A stretch of 64,000 nt of DNA from an uncultured Chloroflexia bacterium (GCA_963765765.1 CAVXYC010000027.1:160001-224000); one strand, 5' to 3'; counted from the stretch's first letter, positions 13,403 through 23,420 are shown. Translations and numbers: made by a program. Notes: generated by a model not told the origin, from the letters alone.

Positions 13403-16119
13403 CTACGCCTGCGTGAGCTGCCGAAGCACGTACTGAAGGATTCCGCCGTGTCGGTAGTACTCAATATCGATGGGACTATCGAGGCGCGCATCCGCTTTGA
13501 ACACGATTTCCGAACCGTCAGGGCGCCGAGCGCGAACAGTGAGAATCTTTCGAACGGTGAGTCCTTCGGCAATGCCTTCGATATCGAAGACCTCGTCGCC
13601 GTTGATCCCCAACGTCGTCCGATTCTCTCCTGGCATAAATTGAAGCGGCAGAATGCCCATGCCGACGAGATTACTGCGATGGATTCGCTCGTAACTCTCC
13701 GCGATAGCGACACGAATGCCCTGGAGCATAGGACCCTTGGCTGCCCAGTCGCGTGAGCTGCCCGAGCCATACTCCTGGCCGGCGATCACAACCAACGGAA
13801 CTCCGTCAGCCTGATACTTCATCGCGGCGTCGTAAATGCTCATCACCTCGCCGGTAGGCAGATACGTGGTGACGCCGCCCTCTGTGCCAGGAGCAAGTTG
13901 ATTGCGAAGCCGAACGTTGGCAAACGTCCCGCGAACCATCACCTCGTGATTGCCTCTCCGCGCCCCGTAGGTGTTGAAGTCCACTGGCTTCGTACCGTGC
14001 TCCATCAAGTAGCGACCAGCCGGCCCATCCGTTTTGATAGAACCCGCTGGGGAGATGTGGTCAGTCGTGATCGAATCTCCGAGTACCGCCAACAGCCGAC
14101 CGCCTCGAATATCTTTCAGCTCACCTGGTTCGGGGGTCAGATTGTCGAAGTAATTCGGTTCACGCACGTACGTTGAGTCTTCGTCAAAGCTGTAGAGGTC
14201 ACCTTCGGGCACAGGAAGTCCCTGCCAGACGGCATCGCCCTGGAAGACGTTTGAGTAGCGCGCCTTGAAGATCTCCGGGGAGATACTTCGCTCCATCGCT
14301 TCTCTGACTTCTTCTTGAGAAGGCCAGATATCGCGAAGGTACACGTCTTCGCCATTCTTCCCGGTGCCGATTGGCTCAGTGGTGAGATCGATGTCCACCG
14401 TGCCGGCGAGGGCGTACGCAACGACGAGTGGCGGTGAAGCTAGGTAGGACATCTTGACGACCGGATTGATGCGGCCCTCAAAATTCCGGTTCCCACTGAG
14501 AACCGAGGACATGACGATGTCATGCTCTTCACTCGCAAGAGCAATCGGGTCCAACACGGAGCCACTGTTGCCGATACAGGTGGTGCAGCCATAGCCGACC
14601 AGGTTGAATCGGAGCTTATCGAGATATTCCCAGAGTCCGGCCTTCTCGAGATAGTCGGTGACAACCGTGGAGCCCGGCGCCAGGCTGGTCTTTACCCAGG
14701 GCTTAGATTCCAGGCCGCGCTCAACGGCATTCTTCGCTAGGAGCCCGGCACCGACCATCACCGATGGATTAGTGGTGTTGGTACAACTCGTAATGGCGGC
14801 GATGGAGACCGCGCCATCGCCGATCTCCACCTGCTGACCTTCGATCGTTACCAGGGCCTTACGCGCCGTTACCTTCTCGGCGACAGCGGTGCCGCCGCCG
14901 CTGCTAGGAGTCGAGATGAACGTCGGTAGCACCGCGTCAAATCCGGCTTTCATGTCCGTCAGCGCCACACGATCCTGCGGGCGCCGGGGACCTGCCAGGC
15001 TAGACTCAACAGTACTGAGATCCATCTCCAACACTTCGCTGAAGATCGGTTCTGGTGAGGACGCCTCGCGGAAGAGTCCCTGCTCCTTGGTGTATCGCTC
15101 AACTAGATCAATCTGCTCAGGACTCCGACCGGAAAGAACCATATAGCGAAGGGTCTCGTCATCCACGGGGAAGAAGCCGCATGTTGCACCGTATTCAGGC
15201 GACATGTTGGCGATCGTGGCTCGGTCGAAGAGACTCAAATTATTCAAGCCCGGCCCGGAGTACTCGACGAACTTGCTAACCACACCGTGCTTACGCAGCA
15301 TCTGGGTGATTGTAAGGACGGCGTCGGTGGCCGTGGTGCCTTCTCGGAGCTGGCCGGTGAGACGGACACCTACGACTTGCGGCGCCAGCATGTAGAAGGG
15401 CTGGCTTAACATGACGGCCTCTGCCTCAATGCCGCCCACGCCCCACCCGAGTACGCCAAGACCATTGACCATCGTGGTGTGAGAGTCGGTTCCTACCACG
15501 GTGTCCGGATAGGCTTCCCGACCGCCGTTACCGCGCGCGTCTGGACGACGCTTGCCAGGTACTCGATATTGACCTGGTGAATGATGCCAGTACCCGGAGG
15601 CACCACCTGGAAATTCTTGAATGCCGTTTGCGCCCAGCGGAGGAACGCATAGCGCTCGCCGTTTCGCTCGTACTCTTTTTTGACGTTGAGTTCGAAGGCG
15701 TCATCGATGCCGTAGTAGTCGACCTGTACTGAGTGATCGATAACAAGATCCACGGGAACGGTTGGATTGATCTTCTGAGGGTCGCCACCCATCCGTTTGA
15801 CTGCGGAGCGCATGGCAGCGAGGTCTACGACACAGGGGATGCCGGTGAAATCCTGAAGGAGTGCGCGAGCGGGGCGGAATGGAAGCTCTTGTTCGGCAAC
15901 GCTCTTTGCGTTCCAGCGGGCCAGGTTCACTACGTCATCCTCGTTGACCAGGAAGCCGTCACAGTGCCGCAGCAGGTTCTCAAGCAATACCTTTATTGAA
16001 TACGGAAGTCGGCTCAGGTCGGCTTTATCCGAAAGCGCACCAAGCCGATAGATCGTGTAGGCCCCACCGCGCGTCTGAAGCGTCGTTCGGGCGCCAAATG
16101 GATTTGTCTCACCTGCCAT
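13403..16119 (-). CDS. acnA: Aconitate hydratase A (frameshift near 15533)
   Basis: LLQDFTG, DHSVQVD, (YPDT)VVGTDSHTTM, TSCTNT, GCTTCIGNSG, GSSRDWAAKG. Confidence 0.97.
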
Positions 16120-16131
16120 CAGGAGCTCCCC

Positions 16132-17235
16132 TCACACATCGATGCTCGCTATTGTACTTCGTTCTCTGGGCGCCAGTTCACCCGAGGATCGTAGGTCCGC
16201 GAGCGCCGCCACAAGCCGACGATTCTCACCCGGCCGACGTACTGCGATCCGGATGTATTCCGGCAATCCGAACGATTGGCAGTCGCGCACCAGCAAGGCG
16301 CGCCTGGCCAGGCTCAGCCGAACGTGTCGAGCGGAGCCGACATTTACGATCACGTAGTTGGCTTCGCCCGCCGAAACGTCCCAATGGCCGTTTTCGAGCG
16401 CTCGCACCAGTCCTGACTTCGCTTCTCGCACCTTCCTTAATGTTACGTCAAGATATGCTGAATCTTGCAGCGCGGCGATCCCTGCAGCCTGAGCGAGTCC
16501 ATTGACGCTCCATGGGGGGAGCTGGCAGCGGATCTGCGAGGTCAGGCTCGGGTGCCCAACGGCATATCCAAGGCGGAGCGCCGTGAGTCCGTAATCCTTG
16601 GTCATGGAGCGGACAATCAGAAGATTGCGTTGCTCATCTAGCAGTGATAGTGCTGATGGCGCGCCGCTCACGAACTGGATGTATGCCTCATCAAGGACGA
16701 CCACTCCGGACATCGCGCCCAGCGCCTGCTTTAGCCGGTCTGAAGGAATGAGCTCACCGGTCGGATTGTTTGGGTGACAGAGGAAGAGCAGCGACAGCTC
16801 CGCAAGGTCACTCATGGCGTCGTCGTCCTTTAGACCGATGGCGTGCACGGCCGCGCCGTTGGATCGAGCGGCGGCCTCATATTCGCCAAACGTCGGCGGG
16901 CAGTGACCCACACGGCTGCCCGGAGTAGCCCACGCTCTGGCGGCTGCGTAGATCAGCTCAGTGGCGCCATTGCCGGGGACGATCCAATCGGTTGGAAGAC
17001 CGTGGTGGGCACTCAACGTTTCCACGAGGTCAGTACACTCAACGTCCGGGTACCGATCCAGCCGAACTTCGTGCAACACCTTGCGAACCCGTGGGCTTGG
17101 TCCATAGGGGTTCACGCTGGCGCTGAAATCGATCACGTCATCTGGCGTAAGGCCCAAGGCACGCAGGTCGGCAGTGCGGACGCCACCATGCGCTTCACCG
17201 GCCGCGATGTGCGGATCAGCGGGCTTCGGAGACAT
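16132..17235 (-). CDS. PLP-dependent class I/II enzyme, CobD (threonine-phosphate decarboxylase)/HisC-like
   Basis: HGG...DFSASVNPYGP, HPNNPTG, DEAY, RSMTKDYG..LRLG. Confidence 0.8.
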   Translation of the reverse strand: MSPKPADPHIAAGEAHGGVRTADLRALGLTPDDVIDFSASVNPYGPSPRVRKVLHEVRLDRYPDVECTDLVETLSAHHGLPTDWIVPGNGATELIYAAARAWATPGSRVGHCPPTFGEYEAAARSNGAAVHAIGLKDDDAMSDLAELSLLFLCHPNNPTGELIPSDRLKQALGAMSGVVVLDEAYIQFVSGAPSALSLLDEQRNLLIVRSMTKDYGLTALRLGYAVGHPSLTSQIRCQLPPWSVNGLAQAAGIAALQDSAYLDVTLRKVREAKSGLVRALENGHWDVSAGEANYVIVNVGSARHVRLSLARRALLVRDCQSFGLPEYIRIAVRRPGENRRLVAALADLRSSGELAPRERSTIASIDV

Positions 17236-17335
17236 GCACTCGCGAACCTGCCGGCCCATTTGCTATTGTGATCAGCGGCGATTTCACGCCGGGCATGATC
17301 GAGATCGCAGCGATCACGAGAGGAGCCTTCTCCGA

Positions 17336-19180
17336 GTGAAAATCATTCTTTGCACAAAACAGGTCCCGAACGTTGAGTCGGTGGGCTTTAACGAAGAGAC
17401 TCGGACCATCGTCCGAGAAGGCGTGATGAACGAGATAAACCCGTACGATCGTCGAGCCCTGGGCATGGCCGCCGAGCTCAAGAAGAAGTTCGGCGGAGAA
17501 ATCGTCGCGGTTACGATGGGCCCACCGCAAGCCATTGACGTTCTTCACGAGTGCATGGCCGTTGGCGCGGATCGCGGGGTTCACCTATGTCATCCTGCCT
17601 TTGCCGGCTCGGACACGCTGGCAACGGCGCGGGCATTGGCAGCCTTCATTAAGAAGGAAGAGCCTGACCTCGTCTTCTGTGGAAAGTACAGCGTCGACGC
17701 TGAGACGGGCCAGGTCGGTCCCGAGCTTGCCGAGCTACTTGGAATTCCCCAGGTGACGGGCGCCACCAGCCTGGAGTTCGACGAGGCCGGCAAGAGGGCC
17801 ACGGTTGGTCGGGAGACGGATGAGGGCATCGAAACTGTTGAGGTCAACTTGCCCGTCCTGCTCACCGCCGCCGAGCGACTCATCCGCCCCCCACGCGTTA
17901 CGCCGGATGACATCGATCGCGTGAAAGACTTACCGGTGGAGCGTCTCACTCCTGCCGATCTCGGCCTCTCTCCTGAGGAAGTGGGATTCAAAGGGTCCCC
18001 CACCTGGGTGGCAGAAATCTATTCGGTGAAGCCCAACCGGCAGGGTAAGAAGATCGATGGTGAGGATGCCGAGAGTGCGAGTAAGGAGATCGTCGATCTC
18101 ATGCTTGCTCGAGGGCTCTTTGGCACCTGGGTTGGGGAGTCAGCTCCCCAACCCGTCCCCGCCAACTCCGCATCGGCCGACCCCAGTAAGAGCGTTTGGG
18201 TCGCGGCGGATATCGTGAACGACACGGTCAGCCCAGTCACGCTGGAGTTATTGGGCGGAGCTGTCGAGGTGGCAGGGAAGATCGGCGGTCAAGTCGCCGC
18301 GCTTCTCATCGGGAATGATGTCGCTAAATACGTCGACACACTCGCTGCATTTGGCGCATCTACGGTCTACCTGGCCGAAAGCTCGCGACTGGAATCGTAC
18401 GACACCGAGGCTCACACGGAGATTGTTTCGCGAGCGATCGAGACGCACAAACCGTGGGCGCTGCTGATCTCGGCTCACAGCAATGGTCGCGATTACGCTC
18501 CCCGCGTGGCAGCCAGGCTAGGTCTCGGCCTGACCGGTGACGCCGTAGGCCTGGACCTGGATGCCGAAGGGCGACTCCTGCAGCTCAAACCCGCGTTCGG
18601 CGGGACAATTGTGGCGCCCATCATTTCAAACACCTTCCCGCAAATGGCCACCGTGCGAGGTGGCATGCTGGATCCGAGGATCCCCGACGAGAATCGAGCG
18701 GCGGTCATTGTGAATCTGCCGGTCGACAACCTCCCGGATGCCCGCACTCAAGTGGTCGGTCGAGACGTGGAGGCCGGTGCCGCGGGTCTGGCATTGGACA
18801 CCGCCGATGTCGTGGTCTGCGCAGGCAATGGTCTTGGAGACCCATCGAACCTGCACTACGTGGATGAGCTGGCGCTGGTTCTGGACGGTGCCGTCGGAGC
18901 AACGCGACGCGTCGTCGACGCGGGCTGGCTGCCACGGCAGCAGCAGGTCGGGCTCACGGGCAAGGTCCTCGCACCGAAGCTCTACGTCGGCGTGGGCGTA
19001 CGAGGTGTGTTCAATCACACTATCGGTATCCAGCGAGCCGGCCTGGTGGTGTCCATCAACACCGACCCCGAGGCTCCCATCGTGGAGCACTCGGACTACA
19101 CAATCATCGGCGACTATCAAAAGGTCGTGCCGGCGCTGGTCTCAGCGCTCAAGGAAGCGCGGCTGGCGCGTAAGGGCTAA
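17336..19180 (+). CDS. Fused electron transfer flavoprotein beta-alpha
   Basis: GTG start with GAGGAG SD; EtfB (KQVP, NPYD, GSDTLAT, ETGQVG) then EtfA (PAFGG, QQVGLTGK, INTDPEAPI) in one frame. Confidence 0.92.
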   Translation: MKIILCTKQVPNVESVGFNEETRTIVREGVMNEINPYDRRALGMAAELKKKFGGEIVAVTMGPPQAIDVLHECMAVGADRGVHLCHPAFAGSDTLATARALAAFIKKEEPDLVFCGKYSVDAETGQVGPELAELLGIPQVTGATSLEFDEAGKRATVGRETDEGIETVEVNLPVLLTAAERLIRPPRVTPDDIDRVKDLPVERLTPADLGLSPEEVGFKGSPTWVAEIYSVKPNRQGKKIDGEDAESASKEIVDLMLARGLFGTWVGESAPQPVPANSASADPSKSVWVAADIVNDTVSPVTLELLGGAVEVAGKIGGQVAALLIGNDVAKYVDTLAAFGASTVYLAESSRLESYDTEAHTEIVSRAIETHKPWALLISAHSNGRDYAPRVAARLGLGLTGDAVGLDLDAEGRLLQLKPAFGGTIVAPIISNTFPQMATVRGGMLDPRIPDENRAAVIVNLPVDNLPDARTQVVGRDVEAGAAGLALDTADVVVCAGNGLGDPSNLHYVDELALVLDGAVGATRRVVDAGWLPRQQQVGLTGKVLAPKLYVGVGVRGVFNHTIGIQRAGLVVSINTDPEAPIVEHSDYTIIGDYQKVVPALVSALKEARLARKG

Positions 19181-19196
19181 GTTGCTAGGCGTGAGA

Positions 19197-19230
19197 AGGT
19201 CCTGCAACAGAAATGTTGCAGGACCTTTTT
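19197..19230 (+). terminator. Intrinsic terminator
   Basis: AAGGTCCTGCAACA-GAAA-TGTTGCAGGACCTTTTT. Confidence 0.9.
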
Positions 19231-19239
19231 GTACATTCC

Positions 19240-19398
19240 GTATGCAGGGGCCGGTCGTAGCCGCTGTAATACCGCAGTAGTGGCGATTCGTGACGGGCAT
19301 GAGCTCGAGAGTTAGTTCGCGAGCACGTGTGCGGAAATCTAGATTGCGCCCATGAGGGAACGCCACTACGTCGAGTCGTCGCCTCCAGACACTAGCTC
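19240..19398 (-). ncRNA. Candidate rod-shaped structured RNA (6S-like?), copy A
   Basis: GTAGTGGCG/CGCCACTAC 9-bp stem with nested and outer stems; TACGAT -10-like hexamer upstream on the minus strand; shares motifs with the 23.2 kb element. Confidence 0.4.
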
Positions 19399-19500
19399 AT
19401 CGTAGAGGGGACATTCTCCCCCGATTGAGATCCAACTGACGGAGAGATTCATCGAACTAGGCAAGCAGTCCCGCTCCCGAGGACGATCGGGTGAAATGGC

Positions 19501-19548
19501 CACACAGCAAGGAGCCTCGCGATGATTCGCGGGGCTCCTTGCTGTGTG
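19501..19548. terminator. Long hairpin ending the amt transcript
   Basis: CACACAGCAAGGAGCCTCGCGA / TCGCGGGGCTCCTTGCTGTGTG. Confidence 0.7.
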
Positions 19549-19570
19549 CTCGATTATCGAGAGGTCCAGA

Positions 19571-19702
19571 CTAGGCGGCCATTGCCTCCGGCTCAGCCAC
19601 CACAGGGAACATCTCGGCCGTGCCAGGCCGCTCGGGAAGGCCGAACCACATGAGCAACTGTGCAACGAATCCGATGAGTGCAACTGGGATGAGTGCGTCC
19701 AT
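19571..19702 (-). CDS. Small single-TM protein (43 aa) downstream of amt
   Basis: MDALIPVALIGFVAQLLMWFGLPERPGTAEMFPVVAEPEAMAA; AGAGG SD. Confidence 0.6.
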   Translation of the reverse strand: MDALIPVALIGFVAQLLMWFGLPERPGTAEMFPVVAEPEAMAA

Positions 19703-19736
19703 GTCAGTAAACCTCTCTTGAACCTTTCCGAATCTA

Positions 19737-20966
19737 CTACCCCTGGTATGCCAGCTCGCCGTGCTGGCTACGGTCGAGGCCGAGTACCTCTTCTTCTTCA
19801 CCAACCCGTAGGCCGATGGTCGCGTCGATCACTTTCAGCAGGACAAACGTGACGCCGCCTGCGTAGACCCATGTGACCGCGACCGCCGCGATCTGGATGA
19901 AAAGCTGTCCAGGATTGCCGTAGAGCAGGCCGTCCACGCCAGCGGGATTCACGCTTGTGGTTGCGAATACGCCCGTGAGAATGGCGCCCAGCGTTCCGCC
20001 AACGCCGTGCACACCCCACACATCGAGCGAATCGTCAACACCCAGCTTGGACTTGAGCTCAACAGCAAGGAAGCAGACCACACCAGCGGCGAGGCCGATG
20101 ATGACCGCCGCCGCGGGAGTTACGAAGCCCGCTGCCGGCGTAATGGCCACCAGACCAGCCACCGCTCCGATGGCGGCGCCAATTGCGCTGGGACGACCTG
20201 TCCGCGCCCAGCTCATGGTCACCCACGTTACCGCGGCCATTGCCGCTGCGGTATTCGTGGCGACGAAGGCCGAGGCGGCCAGTCCGCCCGCCGTCAACGC
20301 AGAACCAGCGTTGAATCCGAACCAACCGAACCAGAGCAGCCCCGCGCCAAGGATCGTCATGGTGGAGTCATGCGCATCCATGCTGGCTTCGCCGAAGCCA
20401 ATGCGACGACCAAGGATCATGGCCGCGACAAGCGCAGACACGCCTGAGCTAACGTGCACCACGGTGCCACCAGCAAAGTCCAGGGCGCCCATCATTCGGA
20501 TCCAACCGCCGACGCCCCACACCCAGTGGGCAAGCGGGTCATAGACGAGAGTGGCCCAGAGGAGCGAGAAAATCGCGAAAGCCTTGAAGCGCTTGCGTTC
20601 GGCGAATGCACCCGTAATCAGAGCGGGTGTGATGACCGCGAAGGCCATCTGGAAAGCCATGAATGCAAGGTGCGGAACCGTTGCCGCGTAATCTGCATTT
20701 GGCTCCTGGCCTACACCGTTAAGACCAATCCAATCGAGACCGCCAATGACGCCGCCCACATCGGGGCCGAACGCCAGCGTGTAACCCCACAGGACCCACT
20801 GAACGCTAACAAGGCACAGTATGAAAAAGCTGTGCATGATCGTAGCGAGCACGTTCTTTTGTCGAACGAGGCCGCCATAGAAGAAACCGAGCGCTGGTGT
20901 CATGAGCACGACAAGTGCCGTCGACATCAGAAGCCAAGCCGTATCGCCCGAGTTTATCGCATCCAA
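19737..20966 (-). CDS. amtB: Ammonium transporter
   Basis: [37 protein letters not shown]; probable TTG start at 20966 after a GGAGGG SD. Confidence 0.96.
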   Translation of the reverse strand: MDAINSGDTAWLLMSTALVVLMTPALGFFYGGLVRQKNVLATIMHSFFILCLVSVQWVLWGYTLAFGPDVGGVIGGLDWIGLNGVGQEPNADYAATVPHLAFMAFQMAFAVITPALITGAFAERKRFKAFAIFSLLWATLVYDPLAHWVWGVGGWIRMMGALDFAGGTVVHVSSGVSALVAAMILGRRIGFGEASMDAHDSTMTILGAGLLWFGWFGFNAGSALTAGGLAASAFVATNTAAAMAAVTWVTMSWARTGRPSAIGAAIGAVAGLVAITPAAGFVTPAAAVIIGLAAGVVCFLAVELKSKLGVDDSLDVWGVHGVGGTLGAILTGVFATTSVNPAGVDGLLYGNPGQLFIQIAAVAVTWVYAGGVTFVLLKVIDATIGLRVGEEEEVLGLDRSQHGELAYQG

Positions 20967-21266
20967 CAGGATTCCCTCCGTCGCATTCTCTGGTTCGGCA
21001 CGGCTTCGTGCGCTCTGCCCATGGTCAGCGTTCTTGACCAAGAGCCAAGCACCAGATGTTGTTGCTAAGAGTAACGTTGGACCGAGGTTGGAGCCATCGT
21101 ACAAGTACGTGGAAAATGAATGGCCATCCTCTGTGCACACTGCACAAAGGCGGACCATTGTGTTCGATCTCGGGTTTCAGATGCTCGAGCCGTGGAGAGA
21201 GCTACGCCGAGCCGGGTTCGTCGAAGGTTTATCCAGAAGAGGCGCAGCTCATCTGGAAGACGAAAG

Positions 21267-22679
21267 CTATGAGCCGACAGCGAACGCGGCAAATGGATAA
21301 TCGCTGTTCTCCATTGCCTTCATAAGCCTTTCGGCAGAGATCGTCCGTGATGAACCGGGACCGCGGGAGTCAATAGGATCGTGATAGATGAACCGATCGC
21401 CAGCGTAGCCTGTAACGACCACGTAGTGATCGCCCCAGTAGTCGGACCCTTCGCGGCCGCTGAGAAATCGGTACATCACCTGCGGGATCACAGCGCGACC
21501 ATCACGTAGTTGGGCACGCATTTCCTCAGCGGACCAGCGGTGAAACCCGCTCTGCCCGCTCTCGAACAGCCCGAGCGTGCGTGCACCATGCTCATCTGCC
21601 ACCGCCGCAAGATGCTCGATGAACACGCCGCAGTCATCGCATCGATCGATATTCTGGTAGCTCAACGCCTCTGAACGGAGAACCGCAGGAGACGGCACCC
21701 CGGCGACCCGGCCCTGGAGCGCCATCCACAACACCGCCGGCCCACAGTTTGCTGCCTCATAGGATGAGCCGTCTAGCTGCGTCCGGTATGGCACTCGCAG
21801 CCATGCGTCGGGCTCCTGATCCCGCACCAGATCACGCGTCACGGAATACTCCGTGTATTCTGACGGATCGCGCGGTGTCGCCAGGACATCCTCACCATCG
21901 ATCCAGGCGTCCAGAGGTTCGCCATTGTCAGGACGAGCAGCCAGAAAGACGTGCGCCCAATCTCGGCCGGACGTCTCCCGGACCTCAAGATATGTCCTTG
22001 GCGGGATGGCGAGAGCCACAGGCGCCGATTCGGTGGGACTGGTTCGGAGTATTGCCGACGAGCGCGTGCGAACGAACTTCGGCCAGACGGCCTCAGCCGT
22101 GTCTGAGACGTCTAGCCACGCCTCGCCGGGCCGCTTGAGCTCCTCATCTCCGGAGTAAAACACGCGGAACCGATTGCCCTGACGATCGAGCACGCGGACA
22201 GTGGTGGCTTGAGGAATCTTTGTGAAATCAACGCCGCCATCTGCCGCCGACCACAATGCGGACTCTCGAGTGAGTCGGAGCCATCGAGGCAGCTCTCCAG
22301 TCAATCGCGGACGTGCCGGAGCAATGGCCGGCGGGTTGAGTGCGGGAGCCGACGCACCAGGCTGATGGGATACATCGGCTGGCGGCGATACTTCAGCGAG
22401 CGGGGATAGTTCAAGCGGCGGTAATACATCAGCTTGCGCGGATACTCCCACTTCCGCCGATATATTGGCATACGATTCTGGAATTGACTGTAGGTCTTGA
22501 GGACTTGCCGCGAAGGTCTGCGGTGTTTGATCCTCGTACGCATGGCCTGCAAAAGAGCCGTCATCTTGTTGCCAGGCTGCAAGACGTCCCGCTAATAGGA
22601 ACCCCGAGAGGACCGCAATCACGATAGTTATTGGTCCAACAAGCTGCCGCGGACGTATCGTCCGCCCTGTCCTATCCAT
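21267..22679 (-). CDS. Membrane-anchored/secreted C39-like cysteine peptidase with SH3-like repeats
   Basis: VPYRTQ..ANCGPA (Cys), DHYVVVTG (His), HDP (Asp); N-terminal TM and Pro-rich linker. Confidence 0.75.
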   Translation of the reverse strand: MDRTGRTIRPRQLVGPITIVIAVLSGFLLAGRLAAWQQDDGSFAGHAYEDQTPQTFAASPQDLQSIPESYANISAEVGVSAQADVLPPLELSPLAEVSPPADVSHQPGASAPALNPPAIAPARPRLTGELPRWLRLTRESALWSAADGGVDFTKIPQATTVRVLDRQGNRFRVFYSGDEELKRPGEAWLDVSDTAEAVWPKFVRTRSSAILRTSPTESAPVALAIPPRTYLEVRETSGRDWAHVFLAARPDNGEPLDAWIDGEDVLATPRDPSEYTEYSVTRDLVRDQEPDAWLRVPYRTQLDGSSYEAANCGPAVLWMALQGRVAGVPSPAVLRSEALSYQNIDRCDDCGVFIEHLAAVADEHGARTLGLFESGQSGFHRWSAEEMRAQLRDGRAVIPQVMYRFLSGREGSDYWGDHYVVVTGYAGDRFIYHDPIDSRGPGSSRTISAERLMKAMENSDYPFAAFAVGS

Positions 22680-22785
22680 AGACCGATTCTCGGTGTCCCG
22701 ATGCTCCTGTTCAAGTACGTATGTACGGGGGAAAAATCGCGCAGGCTGATTAGCCTGCGCGACTTGCCCACGCCTTGAGGTCCGA

Positions 22786-23050
22786 CTAGTTGCTGTTGTC
22801 GTCCGGCTCACTGATAGAATCAGCCCAGAAGAGCTTTTCATTCTCTTTGTAGCCGCTCACCTCAACATAGTCACGAACTTTCACGCCACTCTGCTTGATG
22901 AGGAACGGCGCGTCCTTACCGTAGAGCTTCACGGTGACAGGTCGGTCTATGTTGGCGAGAATGATCTCGTTCGGCTCGACCAGCGTACGCCGCGAGGGCC
23001 AACGCCAGGAGCGCAGACAGGCCACCGGACCTCGTCAACGACCGCTTCAT
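22786..23050 (-). pseudogene. Small secreted protein, frame-disrupted
   Basis: GGAGG SD plus MKRSLTRSGGLSALLALALAAYA signal peptide; continues in another frame as LVEPNEIILAN...FWADSI. Confidence 0.5.
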
Positions 23051-23205
23051 CGATCCCTCCAATATGGACTGGTCGACTTCTTAAGCACTTCTGCCGCGTA
23101 ACCACCAGTCCATCTTCGGGTAGCCTACGCCCACCCAGAAAGTTGCGCATGCGTACTCTACCATTAACGGGCCCTGTGAGGAATAGTTGCTCCTCAGTCG
23201 CAATT

Positions 23206-23347
23206 GCTCAGAATCAGGGGCCGGTCATCGTAACGTGGAGCGCCACGAGACATGGAATTCGGGCATGTTCACTGCGCATGCGCCAGCTCGAGATCCAGGC
23301 ACAGGGGACGAGCCCAGTACTACAATCGGCCGCCCCTAATTCTGAGC
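23206..23347 (-). ncRNA. Candidate 6S-like rod RNA, copy B
   Basis: GCTCAGAAT/ATTCTGAGC closing stem extends about 25 bp; central bubble with small hairpin; apical stem; TAGAAT -10 at 23352-23357 (minus strand). Confidence 0.5.
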
Positions 23348-23420
23348 TCTCATTCTAGTCTGGCATCACGACTTCGTGAGAGATGCGCGCCTCCTGAGAC
23401 CTGCAGAAACGTGCCGATCC

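Noticed and set aside
15493-15540. Programmed frameshift or split acnA
   Set aside because: No slippery heptamer; one of many similar indels in the window.
19250-19275. CGGTCGTAGCCGCTGTAA as part of a cobalamin riboswitch (CobD-like gene nearby)
   Set aside because: The GGGAA/GGTG-AA-TCC core and B12 box are absent, and no downstream gene lies on that strand.
20967-21158. N-terminal extension of Amt in the ORF track
   Set aside because: Amt homology begins at [10 protein letters not shown] with an SD-led TTG; the upstream part looks like leader and promoter.
21267-22679. RiPP/bacteriocin system built on the C39 peptidase and small ORFs
   Set aside because: No ABC exporter fusion, modifying enzyme or double-glycine leader; SH3-like domains point to a cell-envelope role.
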